Part shown: positions 50,376 to 61,915 of the stretch, one piece after another
Position numbering within the stretch: the first letter of the stretch is position 1
Layout of the letters: the number at the start of each line of letters is the position of its first letter
NCBI GenBank assembly: GCA_945889325.1
Contig: CAMDBH010000006.1
Coordinates: 3,975-67,974, forward strand
Reading direction: 5' to 3'
Length of the DNA: 64,000 bases
Source of the DNA: Klebsiella pneumoniae
Lineage (GTDB): Bacteria > Myxococcota_A > UBA9042
Notes under the pieces: model-generated
The model's database searches: none
Told to the model about the DNA's origin: nothing
The model's input: only the letters and a program-made list of their open reading frames with translations
Program-made: the position numbers and the translations under genes

Positions 50376-53300
50376 ATGCAATGGTTAGCGGAAATTTGCG
50401 TTCGCCGTCCGGTTTTCGCCAGCGTTTTGATGATGATGCTGACCGTGGTCGGCATTTTTGCCTATGCCAAACTAGGTGTTGATCGCTTTCCCAAAATCGA
50501 TTTTCCGGTCGTCACCGTGATGACCCTGCTACCCGGCTCCGCACCCGAGGAAGTCGAGTCCGAAATCACCGACAAGATCGAGGCAGCCGTCAATACAGTC
50601 AGTGGTATTGATGAGTTGCGTTCAGCATCGGCCGAAGGTGTCAGCCAAGTGATTGTGACTTTTGTGTTGGAAAAAGACGTCGACGTCGCGGCGCAGGAAG
50701 TGCGCGATCGCGTGGCCGCCGTGATGCGCGATCTGCCGCAAGGTGTTGATCCGCCAGTAGTTACCAAAATGGATCCGGATGCCGCACCCATTTTGGCGCT
50801 GGCGATTTCAGGCGATGCAAGTCCGCGCGAATTGACAGAATTTGCCGACAAAACCCTGCGCCGCGAGTTGGAATCGCTCAGCGGTGTCGGCCAGGTCACT
50901 TTGGTCGGCGGCCGACCGCGCCAAGTCAACGTCTGGATAGATCCGGATAAGCTCATTAAATTCGGGCTTACGGCCGCCGAAGTCGAAAGGGCGCTGCGCT
51001 CGCAGAACATCGAACTGCCATCGGGGCGGGTGGAGCAGGGGGCGCGGCAGCTGACGCTGCGCACGCAAGGACGCGTTGAAAGTGTAGCGCAATTTAACGA
51101 ATTGTTCGTCGGTACCCGCGACGGCAAGCAGATCATGGTGCGCGATGTGGCACGGGTGGAAGACGGCACAGCGGAACCGGAATCCGTCGGCTTCAAGGGC
51201 GGCAAATCCGCAATTTTGCTGAACATTCGCAAACAGTCGGGCACCAACACGGTCGAGATCGTCCACAACGTCAAACAGCGCTTGGCCGACTTGGAAAAAC
51301 GCCTGCCCAAAAGCTACCAGATCGACATTGCGCGCGATCAATCTGAATTTATTGAAAATGCCATCGCCACCGTCAAAGAGCATTTGATCTTGGGCGCTCT
51401 GTGCGCGGCACTTATCGTCCTGCTTTTCCTCGGCAATTGGCGTTCGACGATCATCGCCGCCGTCGCGATTCCCGTTTCGATCATTTCGACGTTTGGCGTC
51501 ATGAAATGGGCCGGATTTTCCCTCAATGCAATCACGCTGTTGGCGTTAACTTTGGCCGTGGGCATCGTCATCGACGACGCCATCGTCGTTTTGGAAATCA
51601 TCTGGCGCAAAATCGATGAAGAAAACATGAAGCCGTTTGACGCCGCCATCCACGGCACCGCGGAGATTGGCTTAGCCGTTCTGGCGACTACGTTTTCACT
51701 GATCGCCGTGTTCATGCCGGTGGCTTTTATGGGCGGAATCGTGGGCCGCTTCATGAATTCGTTCGGCCTGACCATGTCGTTTTCTATTGTCGTATCCCTA
51801 CTTGTGTCGTTCGTGCTCACACCGATGCTGTGCGCGCGCTGGTTGCGCAAGAAGATCGCCAAGCGCAGCGACGGCACCGCGCTGCCACAGCCGCAGGGTC
51901 ACGGCGCAGCCAGCAAGGGGCTTTACGGTCTGGTTGAGGGCGCTTACATGATCATGCTCGGTTGGTCACTGCGCCACCGATGGGTTGTCGTGCTGGCTTG
52001 TGTCGGCGCGCTGGCGTCGATTCCAGCGCTCGGCAAACGCGCCAACGCCAATTTCTTGCCCGACGAGGACGAATCGCAATTTGCGGTAACAATTCGCGCG
52101 GCTGAAGGCACAAGCCTGGATGAAATGCGCATCATCGCCACGCGCTTTGCCAAAGCCGTTGAAGGCCAGGTCGGCGTGCGCTATGCGGTGACGACGATTG
52201 GCGACGACCCGCAAAAAATGCCCAATCTAGCGAGTTTGTACGTTAAATTGCTGCCGCCGGACAAGCGCAAGCTGTCGCAGCTTGAAATGATCGAGGCCAC
52301 GCGCAAGACGGTCATTCCGCAATTCGCGGGGCAAAATCTGCGGATCGCGGTCAGTCTGGTCCAGCCATTTTCCAGTGGCCAAGCAAATTTTCCGGTGATG
52401 TTTCAGATCATTGGCCCCGACATGACTCGAATCGCTGAATACACCGACAAATTGCTGCAAAAACTGCGGACGTTGCCCGGCGTGGTCGACCCCGACACGT
52501 CGCTTATCGTGGGCAAACCGGAAATGCGCGTTCACATCGATCGCGCCAAGACCGCGGAACTCGGCGTCAATGTCGCCGATGTGTCAGCTGCGCTGCGTCT
52601 GCTGGTCGGCGGCTATGAAGTCACGACCTACAACGAACACGGCGAACAATACGAGGTCCACGCCCGCGCCGAAGCCGGCAACCGCGCGGATGTGCAAAGC
52701 TTACGCCGCCTCACGGTGCCTTCGATGAAACTAGGCAGCGTGACTTTGGACAACATCGTGACGTTTAGCGAAGGCCGCGGCCCGACGAAAATCGACCGCT
52801 ACAACCGGCGTCGCCAAGCCATGGTGATGTGCAACATGCAAAAAGGCTTTTCAGAAGGCGCAACTGTGGCTTCGCTCAACGACGCGGTCAAAGAACTCAA
52901 GCTCGATCCCGCCTACAGCGCGGCCGCAACGGGCCGTTCGCGCGAGTTGGGGCGTGCGGCGCAGAACTTTTTCCTCGCCTTTGCGATGTCATTTATTTTC
53001 ATGTATTTGGTGTTAGCCGCGCAGTTTGAATCGTGGCTACATCCGATCACCATTTTGCTGTCTCTGCCACTGACCGTGCCATTTGCGATCTTGAGCGTCA
53101 TTATTTTCAAGCAATCGCTCAATATTTTCTCGATGTTGGGGATTTTGGTGCTGTTTGGCGTGGTCAAGAAGAATTCGATCTTGCAAATCGACCACACGAT
53201 CAAGCTGCGCGCCACAGGTCTGCCGCGTTTTGAAGCCATGATGCAAGCGAACAAAGACCGTTTGCGGCCGATCCTAATGACAACGCTGGCCTTTGTCGCA

Positions 53301-53534
53301 GGCATGATTCCGCTGGTCGTGTCGAGCGGCGCCGGCGCCGGTACCAACCGGGCCACGGGTTATGTCATTATCGGTGGCCAGACGTTTAGCCTTTTGCTCA
53401 CGCTGCTGGCAACGCCGGTGGCTTACAGTCTATTTGACGATATGTCGATGTTCTTCCAGAGGCTTCTGAGCGGCAAGCTGCGCCGCGCGCCGACCCTTGT
53501 TGCGCCCATCCTGTCGCAGAAGCGCACGGAGTGA
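50376..53534 (+). CDS. RND efflux permease (AcrB/AcrD/AcrF family)
   Basis: RRPVFA start; TM4 IVIDDAIVV (proton-relay DD), [15 protein letters not shown]; 1052 aa. Confidence 0.95.
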   Translation: MQWLAEICVRRPVFASVLMMMLTVVGIFAYAKLGVDRFPKIDFPVVTVMTLLPGSAPEEVESEITDKIEAAVNTVSGIDELRSASAEGVSQVIVTFVLEKDVDVAAQEVRDRVAAVMRDLPQGVDPPVVTKMDPDAAPILALAISGDASPRELTEFADKTLRRELESLSGVGQVTLVGGRPRQVNVWIDPDKLIKFGLTAAEVERALRSQNIELPSGRVEQGARQLTLRTQGRVESVAQFNELFVGTRDGKQIMVRDVARVEDGTAEPESVGFKGGKSAILLNIRKQSGTNTVEIVHNVKQRLADLEKRLPKSYQIDIARDQSEFIENAIATVKEHLILGALCAALIVLLFLGNWRSTIIAAVAIPVSIISTFGVMKWAGFSLNAITLLALTLAVGIVIDDAIVVLEIIWRKIDEENMKPFDAAIHGTAEIGLAVLATTFSLIAVFMPVAFMGGIVGRFMNSFGLTMSFSIVVSLLVSFVLTPMLCARWLRKKIAKRSDGTALPQPQGHGAASKGLYGLVEGAYMIMLGWSLRHRWVVVLACVGALASIPALGKRANANFLPDEDESQFAVTIRAAEGTSLDEMRIIATRFAKAVEGQVGVRYAVTTIGDDPQKMPNLASLYVKLLPPDKRKLSQLEMIEATRKTVIPQFAGQNLRIAVSLVQPFSSGQANFPVMFQIIGPDMTRIAEYTDKLLQKLRTLPGVVDPDTSLIVGKPEMRVHIDRAKTAELGVNVADVSAALRLLVGGYEVTTYNEHGEQYEVHARAEAGNRADVQSLRRLTVPSMKLGSVTLDNIVTFSEGRGPTKIDRYNRRRQAMVMCNMQKGFSEGATVASLNDAVKELKLDPAYSAAATGRSRELGRAAQNFFLAFAMSFIFMYLVLAAQFESWLHPITILLSLPLTVPFAILSVIIFKQSLNIFSMLGILVLFGVVKKNSILQIDHTIKLRATGLPRFEAMMQANKDRLRPILMTTLAFVAGMIPLVVSSGAGAGTNRATGYVIIGGQTFSLLLTLLATPVAYSLFDDMSMFFQRLLSGKLRRAPTLVAPILSQKRTE

Positions 53535-53559
53535 ACGTTTTTTCGCTTGACGAGGCGCC

Positions 53560-54657
53560 TTGTCCATCTCTGAATTCACACGGTTTGTCGCCATTGCGCT
53601 TCTGCTTGCGGCCTGCGGCGAGCAAAGCGTGTTGACCATTGGCGCAAGCCAAAGCCAAACCGAGGGTCGTTCGGACGCCGTCGCGCCGGACTCGGGCCCC
53701 GCGGACGTCTGGAGCGATGCCGCCGAAATACCGGAAGATACAACGCAAACCTGGGCCATTGCAGTCGACCGCGACGACAACCACGCGTGTGCAGTGACCC
53801 GCGATCACCGCGTGGCCTGTTGGGGCGACAACACCGGCGGTCAGTTGGGCGACGGTACCCAGAATTGGCGCGGCACGGCCCAATTTGTGGCCAATGTCTT
53901 CAATATTTCACGGGTTGTCGTCGACAAGCTCGCCAGTTGTGCCATCGCGGTCGACGGCAACGTGACGTGCTGGGGCAGCATCGCCTGGAAATTCGGCAAA
54001 GGCCAACAAGCGGCGTGGGAACCGCGCCTTATGCCAGAACTCGGCAAACTCAAAGCGCTTTCGTTCGGCGCAGTCGATGTCAGCTTGGTGCGTCTGGATG
54101 GCGAGACGCTGTGCTGGGAGCCGCAAAAAGCCATGGTTGAAGCGCAAGGTATCGCAGACGGGGTCGACACGGCGCTGGGCTGCAGCGGTTGCGTCCTGCG
54201 GGCCAATGGCACGCTTGTTTGCGGGGATTTCATTAACAAAAACACACATGTGATTGCCGGCATTTTCACCGCGTTGCGCGCAGACAAGGGCAAGGCGTTC
54301 GTGTTGCGTCAGGACGGCCACGTCTTGGCGACCAGTCCGCTCAGCGTCGCGGTCGTCGATGAAGTCTTTACCGGTAAAGCCATAGCCATTTCAACCGACT
54401 GTTTCCTCGATGCCGCGGGCCAAGTGTACTGTGCGGATCATTTGCCAAGCGGTGCGGCAAAAAATCCGGCTTTGGGCTTGGGTGATGTGGCCTTTGTGCC
54501 GCAACTAACAGGAACACTAAATGTATTCCGCGGACCTTGCGCCAATGGTCCGGATGGCCTGCTGCGCTGTTGGGGCAACAATAGCAATGGTTCGATCGGC
54601 AATGGCCTAAAGCACCAGGAATTTATTGCCGATCCTGCATTAGTTGTGCAGCCATAG
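53560..54657 (+). CDS. RCC1-repeat lipoprotein
   Basis: Lipobox LAAC; HACAVTRDHRVACWGDNTGGQLGDG and CWGNNSNGSIGNG. Confidence 0.8.
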   Translation: MSISEFTRFVAIALLLAACGEQSVLTIGASQSQTEGRSDAVAPDSGPADVWSDAAEIPEDTTQTWAIAVDRDDNHACAVTRDHRVACWGDNTGGQLGDGTQNWRGTAQFVANVFNISRVVVDKLASCAIAVDGNVTCWGSIAWKFGKGQQAAWEPRLMPELGKLKALSFGAVDVSLVRLDGETLCWEPQKAMVEAQGIADGVDTALGCSGCVLRANGTLVCGDFINKNTHVIAGIFTALRADKGKAFVLRQDGHVLATSPLSVAVVDEVFTGKAIAISTDCFLDAAGQVYCADHLPSGAAKNPALGLGDVAFVPQLTGTLNVFRGPCANGPDGLLRCWGNNSNGSIGNGLKHQEFIADPALVVQP

Positions 54658-54749
54658 CGCAAGCAGTCGGGGCGACCACGCTGGACTTTAGCCCCCTTTT
54701 CTGACACCTTCGCCAGACTTTGCAGCGCCCGCCGCTACCGGAGACTTAA

Positions 54750-55700
54750 ATGCAGGTCATGACTTCAAACTCGGCCGCTGAGCCGATGCAGTGGCGCGAA
54801 ATCGCCGACCGGCCGCTGCGCAGCGATGAAATTCGCGTCACTGTCAAGGCGGTTGGCGTAAACCCCGTCGATTGGAAAATGCGCCAAGGCGACATGCTCG
54901 GCATGGCCCAGAAGTTGATTGGGCCGCCGGGATCGCTGGTGTGTGGCATTGATTTTGCCGGTGAAATCACAGAGATCGGCGGCGGAGTGACCGACTTAAA
55001 AGTCGGCGATCGTGTGGTTGGCGGCACCGATTTTTCGCGCAAGCAATACGGCAGTTACGCCAAGACCGTCCAGGTCCGCGCCGATCAAGTGGCTGTTTTA
55101 CCAGCTGAAGTGACCTACGAGGACGCAGCCTGTCTGCCAGTCGCGGCAAGCACGGCGCAAACATCGCTGTATGATTTGGGTCACTTGCCGGTCGGCGGCC
55201 GCGCGCTGATTTTGGGCGCCTCGGGCGGCGTAGGTCATTTTGCCGCGCAATTGGCAGCTTACCGCGGTGCCACTTCCGTCGGCGTGTGCTCAACGCGCAA
55301 TGTTGCGTTTGTTGAAGGACTTGGCGCCATTGCGCTCGACTACGCGCCGGGTGACGTACCCGCACGCGCGTTGGCGCTCGGGCCTTACGACGTGGTCGTC
55401 GACGCCGTCGGCAGCGCGAGTTATCCGATCGCCATGTGCCAGAAGTTGCTGAAAAGAGGGGGTAAGCACATTATGGTCATGCCCAAAGCCGTGGATTATT
55501 TCAGCGTTTTGATGCCGGGGCCGACTCTGACGGTGTTGGGACGGGCCAACCGCGCTACGTTGACGCCGCTGGTGGCGGATGTGGCCGCAGGCAAGCTCAA
55601 AGTTACGATACATCAGCGGTTTTCAATGGACCAGGCCAATGAAGCCCATGAAATGTCGCGCGGCGGCAAGGTCGTCGGCAAGCTGGTTTTGGTCAACTAG
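54750..55700 (+). CDS. NAD(P)-dependent MDR/quinone oxidoreductase-like protein
   Basis: VGVNPVDWK, GIDFAGEI, ILGASGGVGHFA, GKLVL. Confidence 0.88.
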   Translation: MQVMTSNSAAEPMQWREIADRPLRSDEIRVTVKAVGVNPVDWKMRQGDMLGMAQKLIGPPGSLVCGIDFAGEITEIGGGVTDLKVGDRVVGGTDFSRKQYGSYAKTVQVRADQVAVLPAEVTYEDAACLPVAASTAQTSLYDLGHLPVGGRALILGASGGVGHFAAQLAAYRGATSVGVCSTRNVAFVEGLGAIALDYAPGDVPARALALGPYDVVVDAVGSASYPIAMCQKLLKRGGKHIMVMPKAVDYFSVLMPGPTLTVLGRANRATLTPLVADVAAGKLKVTIHQRFSMDQANEAHEMSRGGKVVGKLVLVN

Positions 55701-55857
55701 GTGGCTGTCGGAAAACCTTCCGACAGCCACCGTCGCAACGTCTTTTTTGTCCTGCGGCGTGCAAACACCAGAAGTGAATTCCGATATTTGCACGCCGCAG
55801 GCAGCCCGCATCCGCGGTCTGCCTAGGAGCTTGTCGGAGTTTTCCGACAAGCTCCTA
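55700..55857. repeat. Pair of related perfect palindromes (REP-like) between convergent genes
   Basis: GGTGGCTGTCGGAA-AACC-TTCCGACAGCCACC (55700-55731) and TAGGAGCTTGTCGGA-GTTT-TCCGACAAGCTCCTA (55824-55857). Confidence 0.75.
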
Positions 55858-55905
55858 ACAAAGCGCAGATTCTTTCTGCCCATTGAATTTGTTCAGATAT
55901 TGCGT

Positions 55906-56268
55906 TTAGAACGTTTCCAAGGGCAACCAGCGAATGTGTTCGCTTTGGCCGTCGAGTGCGACGAGCACCAACACCACCTCAATGGACGCCAACTGCTTCT
56001 GGGCACACAGAATTTCCGCCATCCGCCACAATCTTTGCAGTTGGCGCGGCGCCAAGCGTTCCGGTTGTACCTCCCTGTCGCGCGATGACTTGACTTCCAG
56101 CAATAATCCACGGGTGCCTAGGCTATCTGTGCGATAGCACACAACATCGGCCTCATAGCGCCCGATTTTGACGTTGGTCATGCCGTTTTGCCAGCCAAGC
56201 GTCTCTGCAAAGCGCAAGGCCAGCCTCTCGCCGCGGCGGCCGGTGTCGTGGACCTGCGGCGACGCCAT
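55906..56268 (-). CDS. yraN: YraN/UPF0102 PD-(D/E)xK family protein
   Basis: GRRGERLA...EAD...LLEVKSSR; directly downstream of rnhB. Confidence 0.75.
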   Translation of the reverse strand: MASPQVHDTGRRGERLALRFAETLGWQNGMTNVKIGRYEADVVCYRTDSLGTRGLLLEVKSSRDREVQPERLAPRQLQRLWRMAEILCAQKQLASIEVVLVLVALDGQSEHIRWLPLETF

Positions 56269-56997
56269 CTAAAATAACCGTTGCTGCGAAGTGGCTTGCG
56301 CGACAGGCCCAAAACTACGGCGGTGCTGCGGCGTCGGGCCCAACTGGCGCAGCGCAGCCAGATGCTGCGGCGTGGGATAACCCTTGTGCACTGCAAAACC
56401 GTAGCCCGGATAGGTAGTTTCCATAGCGACCATCAATCCGTCGCGGTGCACTTTGGCCAGGATCGAAGCGGCCGCAATCGCCCGCGAGCGCGAATCCCCT
56501 CTGACAACCGAGCGCTGTGGCGTGTGCGGCCAATCGGGGACGGGCTGATTGCCATCGACCAGCAAAATCTGTGGTAAAATCGCACCTTGTGCGATCAACT
56601 GCTGCCAAACGTCTTGGCAAGCTTGCTGCATCGCCCACAGCGACGCCCGCAGGATATTGCGCTTGTCAATTTCGGCCGGACTGCCTTCAAAAATCGCCCA
56701 AGCGATCGCCGACTCGGCAATGCGCGGAGCCAACGCATCGCGCTGCGCCTCGGTCAGCATTTTTGAGTCGCCCAAGCCGGGCAAGTCCGCGTCATCGCGC
56801 AGAATAACCGCGGCTGTGACCACCGGTCCCGCCAGTGGGCCCCGCCCGACTTCATCGGTGCCCAGCACCGGCCAGTGTCCAAGTTCGCGACATGCAATCT
56901 CAATCTCACCCAACACCGCGATGCGCTTTGGCGCGTTGTGCGTGCTCGCAAACAAATCTGGCAGGTTGTTTTGCGCTGAATTTGGTTGTTGTGGCAT
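56269..56997 (-). CDS. rnhB: Ribonuclease HII
   Basis: GTDEVGRGPLAGPVV, DSK, VDGN, AASILAKVHRD, HKGYPT. Confidence 0.95.
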   Translation of the reverse strand: MPQQPNSAQNNLPDLFASTHNAPKRIAVLGEIEIACRELGHWPVLGTDEVGRGPLAGPVVTAAVILRDDADLPGLGDSKMLTEAQRDALAPRIAESAIAWAIFEGSPAEIDKRNILRASLWAMQQACQDVWQQLIAQGAILPQILLVDGNQPVPDWPHTPQRSVVRGDSRSRAIAAASILAKVHRDGLMVAMETTYPGYGFAVHKGYPTPQHLAALRQLGPTPQHRRSFGPVAQATSQQRLF

Positions 56998-57118
56998 CGC
57001 CTGCAAGTAGCAAATCCAACTGCGGTTGTCCAAGGTTGTCGCCAGCCGCCAAAAGTGCTATTCCGCGCCCGCTTTGCAAGGCCGTCGGCTGGCAAATATT
57101 TTGAACTGGAGTTGCACT

Positions 57119-58216
57119 ATGGGTCTTTCTTGCGGCATCGTCGGCCTGCCAAATGTTGGAAAATCAACGCTTTTTAATGCATTGACCAATGCGGGCGCCC
57201 AGGCAGCCAACTATCCGTTTTGCACGATTGACCCAAATGTCGGCGTGGTGCCGGTGCGCGACGCGCGGCTGGATCGCATCGCCAAAATCGTAGGAACGCC
57301 AACAATTATCTACGCCAGCATGGAATTCGTCGACATCGCCGGTTTGGTCAAAGGCGCCTCCAAAGGCGAGGGCTTGGGCAACAAATTTCTCGCCAACATC
57401 CGCGAAACCGATGCGATTGCCCATGTTGTGCGCTGTTTTGACGACGGCAACGTGGTGCACGTAGAAGGTACTGTCGATCCGCTGCGCGATGCCGAGATTA
57501 TCAATACGGAATTGGGCATTGCCGATTTGGAAGTTGTCGAACGGCGCATGACCCGCCAGCAAAAGCAACTGCGGGTCGGCGACAAGGAAGCCGCGGCGGA
57601 AGTAGCTGCGTTGCAACGTATTTATGAGGCGCTCAACGCAGGCAAACCGGCGCGGTCGGTGCAATTGACCAAGGAGGAAGAACCGTTGATCAAGGCGCTG
57701 TCGCTGATCACGCGCAAGCCGATGCTGTATGTCGCCAACACGGCCGATCCACAGCCCGGTGAAACCAATGCCTATTTGGAAAAAATTGTCGCTTTGGCCG
57801 CGGCAGAAGGCGCAGCCGTTGTGCAATTGTCCTGCAAAACTGAAGCCGAAATTGCCGAATTGGATGATGCGGATGAACGCCAAATGTTTTTGGATGAATT
57901 GGGTTTGACCGAATCTGGTTTGGATCGGCTGGCGGCCGCAGCCTTTCATTTGCTGGGATTGCAAACGTATTTTACCGCTGGGGTCAAAGAAGCCCGCGCT
58001 TGGACCATTCACAAAGGTTGGACGGCACCGCAGGGAGCCGGGGTCATCCACACCGATTTTGAACGCGGTTTTATCAAAGCGGAAATCTACAATTGCGACG
58101 ATCTTTTTGCCCTTGGCAGTGAAAGCGCAGTCGGTTCGGCGGGCAAGAAACGCATGGAAGGCAAGGAATATGTGATGAAAGATGGCGACGTGTGCAATTT
58201 CCGGTTCAATGTGTGA
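57119..58216 (+). CDS. ychF: Redox-regulated ATPase YchF
   Basis: [58 protein letters not shown]. Confidence 0.98.
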   Translation: MGLSCGIVGLPNVGKSTLFNALTNAGAQAANYPFCTIDPNVGVVPVRDARLDRIAKIVGTPTIIYASMEFVDIAGLVKGASKGEGLGNKFLANIRETDAIAHVVRCFDDGNVVHVEGTVDPLRDAEIINTELGIADLEVVERRMTRQQKQLRVGDKEAAAEVAALQRIYEALNAGKPARSVQLTKEEEPLIKALSLITRKPMLYVANTADPQPGETNAYLEKIVALAAAEGAAVVQLSCKTEAEIAELDDADERQMFLDELGLTESGLDRLAAAAFHLLGLQTYFTAGVKEARAWTIHKGWTAPQGAGVIHTDFERGFIKAEIYNCDDLFALGSESAVGSAGKKRMEGKEYVMKDGDVCNFRFNV

Positions 58217-58245
58217 ATTGACCACGGCTGCAAAATAAGGTCGCG

Positions 58246-60399
58246 ATGGATTTCGCTAACCCATGGATGCTACTTGGACTTCTCGCGGCGCTGTTGCCGC
58301 TTGCCGTGCATCTGTTCGGTCGCAAGAAAGCGCCAGTCGTGGCCTTTAGCGCGCTGGCGTTCATTCTGGCCAGCAATCCAAAACAAGCTCGCGCGTTGCA
58401 AGTTAGCGAATGGTTGTTGGTTTTGCTGCGCAGTGCCGCCGTCGCGCTCGTGGCCATCGCTTTGGCCAAACCGATGCTGCCCGTTTGGGACGCGCAGGAT
58501 GCGGTGCTGCAAGGGGCTCAAGGCCCTACAGCCGTTGTGGTTATTCTGGACGACAGCATGTCCATGCAAACCACTGATGGCAAAATGATGCTGTTCGAGC
58601 GGGCGCGGGCGCGGGCGATAGCGCTCATCGAAGCTCTGCCTCAGGGTTCAATTATTGCTGCTGTTGCAGGTGGTTACCCCGCGCGGATGCTGGTCCGCCA
58701 ACTGACCCGCGACCGCAGCGCGGTGATCGACGCCGTGCGCAAGCTGGAACTGCATCCGCGCCGTGACGACCCATCGCGGGCGCTGGCCATGGCGGAGGCG
58801 CTGCTCGTTCACGCTGAACTTGCTGATCGCAGGGTCGTTTTATGGACAGATTTGCAGGCGGCTGGCTGGAAAGGCGTCTCGCCGCCGTGGTCGGCTAAGG
58901 CGTCGGCGGATGCGCCAGCGATCGAACTGCGGGTCGATGTCCTTGCCGCCAAAAATCTTGAAAATACTGCAATTACCGACGCTGTCGCCACCAGCGCCAG
59001 CGATCGCGGGCCCAATCAGGTGCGCGTCGAAGTTGCGGTGCAAAATTTTGGCCGGAAAGACTTCCGCGATTACCTGACGTTGCGCGCAGGCGACCGCGAG
59101 ACCAAAAGCCTGCTGCGTTTGGCGCCCGCCGAAGCCCTGCGCCGCGGCTATGTCCTGCAGGCCGCAGCACCGATAGCAGAAATCGTGTTGCCCGACGATG
59201 CTTTGAACATCGATAACCGGCGGTTGGCGCGTCTGGACGGCGGCGCTGCGGTGCGGGTGGCGCTCATCAACGGCGCGCCGCGTCCCGTGCCGCGCGAGGA
59301 TGAACTGTTTTTCGCCGCCAACGCCCTTGAAATGTCGTCGTTGCATCCCGGCGAAATGAGCGTGGACGTACTGCAATTGCCCGGCCTGACTTCGAGCGCT
59401 CTGAAGGATTACGATGTGATTTTACTGGCCAATGTCGGCGAGCTGCCGGCCGAATTGTTGCGCGGTCTCATCTTAGCCACCCAACTGGGCAAGGGACTGC
59501 TTGTGAGCGTGGGAGATAATCTTCCAGTAGATCTAACAACTTATCTGCCTGGCCTGCTGCCCGCGAAACTCTTTGGTGTGCGCCAACCTTCGGGCAGCGA
59601 CGCGGCAAAAGGCAAACGCCGCGGCGACGTAGCCGTTCGCGTTCAGCCGCCAGACGCCGCGGGCCAAACGACGGCTGCTGCCCAGCGGTTGCGGGTGCAA
59701 TTGCAGGCCGATCTCGGCGACTTGCTGCAAACGGCGGCCGTGTCGAAATACGCGTTGTTGGAACCGGCGCCCGAGCTGAGCAGCCAAACTGTGCTGCAAT
59801 TCAGCGATGGGGCACCTGCTTTTGTCGTAGCGCCTCGCGGTCGCGGCCTCGTCGGGTTGTGGACCACCACGCTGGATTTGGATTGGACCGATTTGGCTCT
59901 GCAGCCGGTGTTTTTGCCGCTCATTCACGATGCCGTCGTGGCGCTGGCCGGCGATCGCGGTCTGGAACGCCGATCGGCGGTGGAAATCGGCGAGGTCGCC
60001 GTGCTTTCCCGCGATGAACGCGCGGATCAGCTTGAAGTCAAACTCGAAACGCCGACGACGCCCGGTGCGGTCGTGCCGCGCAGAACGCTCAACCCACCGC
60101 CACAGCGCGGGCAAGCGTGGCAAATCAACGGTCTGGAAGAACCCGGGCGCTATACCGCTACTGAACTCAAACAAGGCGTAGCGCTGACTTCGCGCTCAGT
60201 TATCGCTGTGCCACCCGCGAGCGAAAGCAACCTCGCCCCGCTGACCACTGGCCCTCTGGTTCAAGCGTCGCGGGCCATCGTCCGCAGTCGCCAAGCTGCC
60301 AAAGCGCCGGGCTGGAGCGCCGTGCTTCTGGTATTAATGGGGCTTTTAACGTTTGAAGGCGTGGTCTTGCTGCGCGGTGCCGCGCCGCGCGTGTCTTGA
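58246..60399 (+). CDS. BatA N-terminal / vWA domain membrane protein
   Basis: FANPWMLLGLLAALLPLAVHL, LLVLLR, DDSMSM (MIDAS), TD; C-terminal TM. Confidence 0.85.
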   Translation: MDFANPWMLLGLLAALLPLAVHLFGRKKAPVVAFSALAFILASNPKQARALQVSEWLLVLLRSAAVALVAIALAKPMLPVWDAQDAVLQGAQGPTAVVVILDDSMSMQTTDGKMMLFERARARAIALIEALPQGSIIAAVAGGYPARMLVRQLTRDRSAVIDAVRKLELHPRRDDPSRALAMAEALLVHAELADRRVVLWTDLQAAGWKGVSPPWSAKASADAPAIELRVDVLAAKNLENTAITDAVATSASDRGPNQVRVEVAVQNFGRKDFRDYLTLRAGDRETKSLLRLAPAEALRRGYVLQAAAPIAEIVLPDDALNIDNRRLARLDGGAAVRVALINGAPRPVPREDELFFAANALEMSSLHPGEMSVDVLQLPGLTSSALKDYDVILLANVGELPAELLRGLILATQLGKGLLVSVGDNLPVDLTTYLPGLLPAKLFGVRQPSGSDAAKGKRRGDVAVRVQPPDAAGQTTAAAQRLRVQLQADLGDLLQTAAVSKYALLEPAPELSSQTVLQFSDGAPAFVVAPRGRGLVGLWTTTLDLDWTDLALQPVFLPLIHDAVVALAGDRGLERRSAVEIGEVAVLSRDERADQLEVKLETPTTPGAVVPRRTLNPPPQRGQAWQINGLEEPGRYTATELKQGVALTSRSVIAVPPASESNLAPLTTGPLVQASRAIVRSRQAAKAPGWSAVLLVLMGLLTFEGVVLLRGAAPRVS

Positions 60400-60462
60400 A
60401 GCCGCCCGCTTGGCCGTTTGCTGCACGTGCGCTATGCTGCGCCCTCGCGTCGGTAAGGCGCA

Positions 60463-61368
60463 GTGAATCAGACCATGGATTCTTCAATAAATTCAGAAGA
60501 CTTGCGCGCCCGCGTGTTGCAAGCAGTGGCGACATTGCCCTTGCACAACCGCCCCGATGCTGCCGCGTTCGGCGAGTGGCTGGCGATGCTGCCGCAGCCT
60601 GTGCGCGGCGCTGTCGACGAATTGGAATACACCGCGACGTTAACCGCCGATTTGCAAAGGCTAACCTTGAGGGCAGCCGCTAGTCCGGCGATGTTGACAC
60701 TGCGCACAGCGCGCTACCTCGGCGCGGCGGCCGCACCCGACGATGAAGTGGAGCAATTTGCCCTGATGAGCGAACGCATGGCGCCGGCGTTGCTCGGACC
60801 GTGGCTGGAAGTGAGTCCCTTGGGTGTCGATGGTGGTTGGCAAGTACCTGTAGAACTTAATCTTTCTATTGCCGCCGAATTTGCCCCGCCAAGTGAAGCG
60901 CTGACCGCGCTGCTGGCGTGGGCCGATACCTGCGGCGTGCAGCACTGCACCGGCCTCAAGCGCGCCGTCGGTGCTGCGGCGCCGTACACGGAAATGGTGG
61001 TGCCGTTGCCTCAAGGCGATGCGCTGCATCAGATGACCGCGTTTTTATTGGCCGCTGAGACCATGGGGGCGCCCACGCCGCCCGAGTCGGTGCGCCGTGC
61101 CATCATGCGCCAAGTGCAAGGGCCGATGGCGCTTTCCGTGTGGCTGCTCGGCGAAGGTTTGGGCAAGCTGGGAATTATGCTGCCCTTTCCCGATGCCGAA
61201 CTGGTGGAATCGCTGCTGCCCACAGGTACGGATCGCGCGGCTCTGCTTAAATTTCAAAATGCGCTGCAATCTTCAGGTCCTGCGGCCGTGGAATGGCAAT
61301 ATGTCGCCGATGGCCCGACGGTGGAACTGCATTATGCGGTATTGCCAACGCTGGATGCGCCGAATTAA
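60463..61368 (+). CDS. Hypothetical protein
   Basis: 301-aa ORF with genome-like codon usage in an operon-like position; no motif recognised. Confidence 0.6.
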   Translation: MNQTMDSSINSEDLRARVLQAVATLPLHNRPDAAAFGEWLAMLPQPVRGAVDELEYTATLTADLQRLTLRAAASPAMLTLRTARYLGAAAAPDDEVEQFALMSERMAPALLGPWLEVSPLGVDGGWQVPVELNLSIAAEFAPPSEALTALLAWADTCGVQHCTGLKRAVGAAAPYTEMVVPLPQGDALHQMTAFLLAAETMGAPTPPESVRRAIMRQVQGPMALSVWLLGEGLGKLGIMLPFPDAELVESLLPTGTDRAALLKFQNALQSSGPAAVEWQYVADGPTVELHYAVLPTLDAPN

Positions 61369-61384
61369 CTAAAGGAGATTCTCA

Positions 61385-61885
61385 ATGCAATTCAAGGTAG
61401 AACACCGTTTTAGCAACATTGCCCTAGCTGATTTTGAAAAGCTTTACCTAGATGAAACTTGCAATATCGCGCTATGCAATGCGGTCAAATTGGTGCGCAC
61501 GCTGGTCAAGATGGAGGACAACGGCGGCAAATTGCACCGCGTGGTCAAGGTGTGTCCGGACCGCGAACTGCCCGGACCTGTTGCCAAAGTGCTGGGCACG
61601 GCCAAATTGGAGTACACCGAGTACCTCGACTACACGTGGGGCACCAACCGCGGAACTTGGAAGACGATTTCGGCGGTCATGACCGACAAAGTCGCATCGT
61701 CTGGCACGTTTGGCTTTCGCCAAGAAGGCAGCCAAGTCGTGAGAACGGTTGAAGGGGACGTCAAAGTCAGCATTTTCGGCTTGGGCGGGCTGGTCGAGCG
61801 CGGCATCATCGCTGATGTCGAAAAAAGCTACGTTCAAGCGGCCGAATTCATGCAGCGCTGGATCAACAACGGCGGCAAAGCGTAA
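61385..61885 (+). CDS. DUF2505-like / SRPBCC-fold small protein
   Basis: AAGGAG RBS; size and pattern (RTVEGDVKVSIFGLGGLVERGI) resemble DUF2505. Confidence 0.55.
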   Translation: MQFKVEHRFSNIALADFEKLYLDETCNIALCNAVKLVRTLVKMEDNGGKLHRVVKVCPDRELPGPVAKVLGTAKLEYTEYLDYTWGTNRGTWKTISAVMTDKVASSGTFGFRQEGSQVVRTVEGDVKVSIFGLGGLVERGIIADVEKSYVQAAEFMQRWINNGGKA

Positions 61886-61915
61886 ATTTCGCAGCGGCGT
61901 GGGCCGATGTTTCGG

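Noticed and set aside
60463-61368. ABBA aromatic prenyltransferase-like fold
   Set aside because: Only a vague secondary-structure impression; no conserved residues identified.
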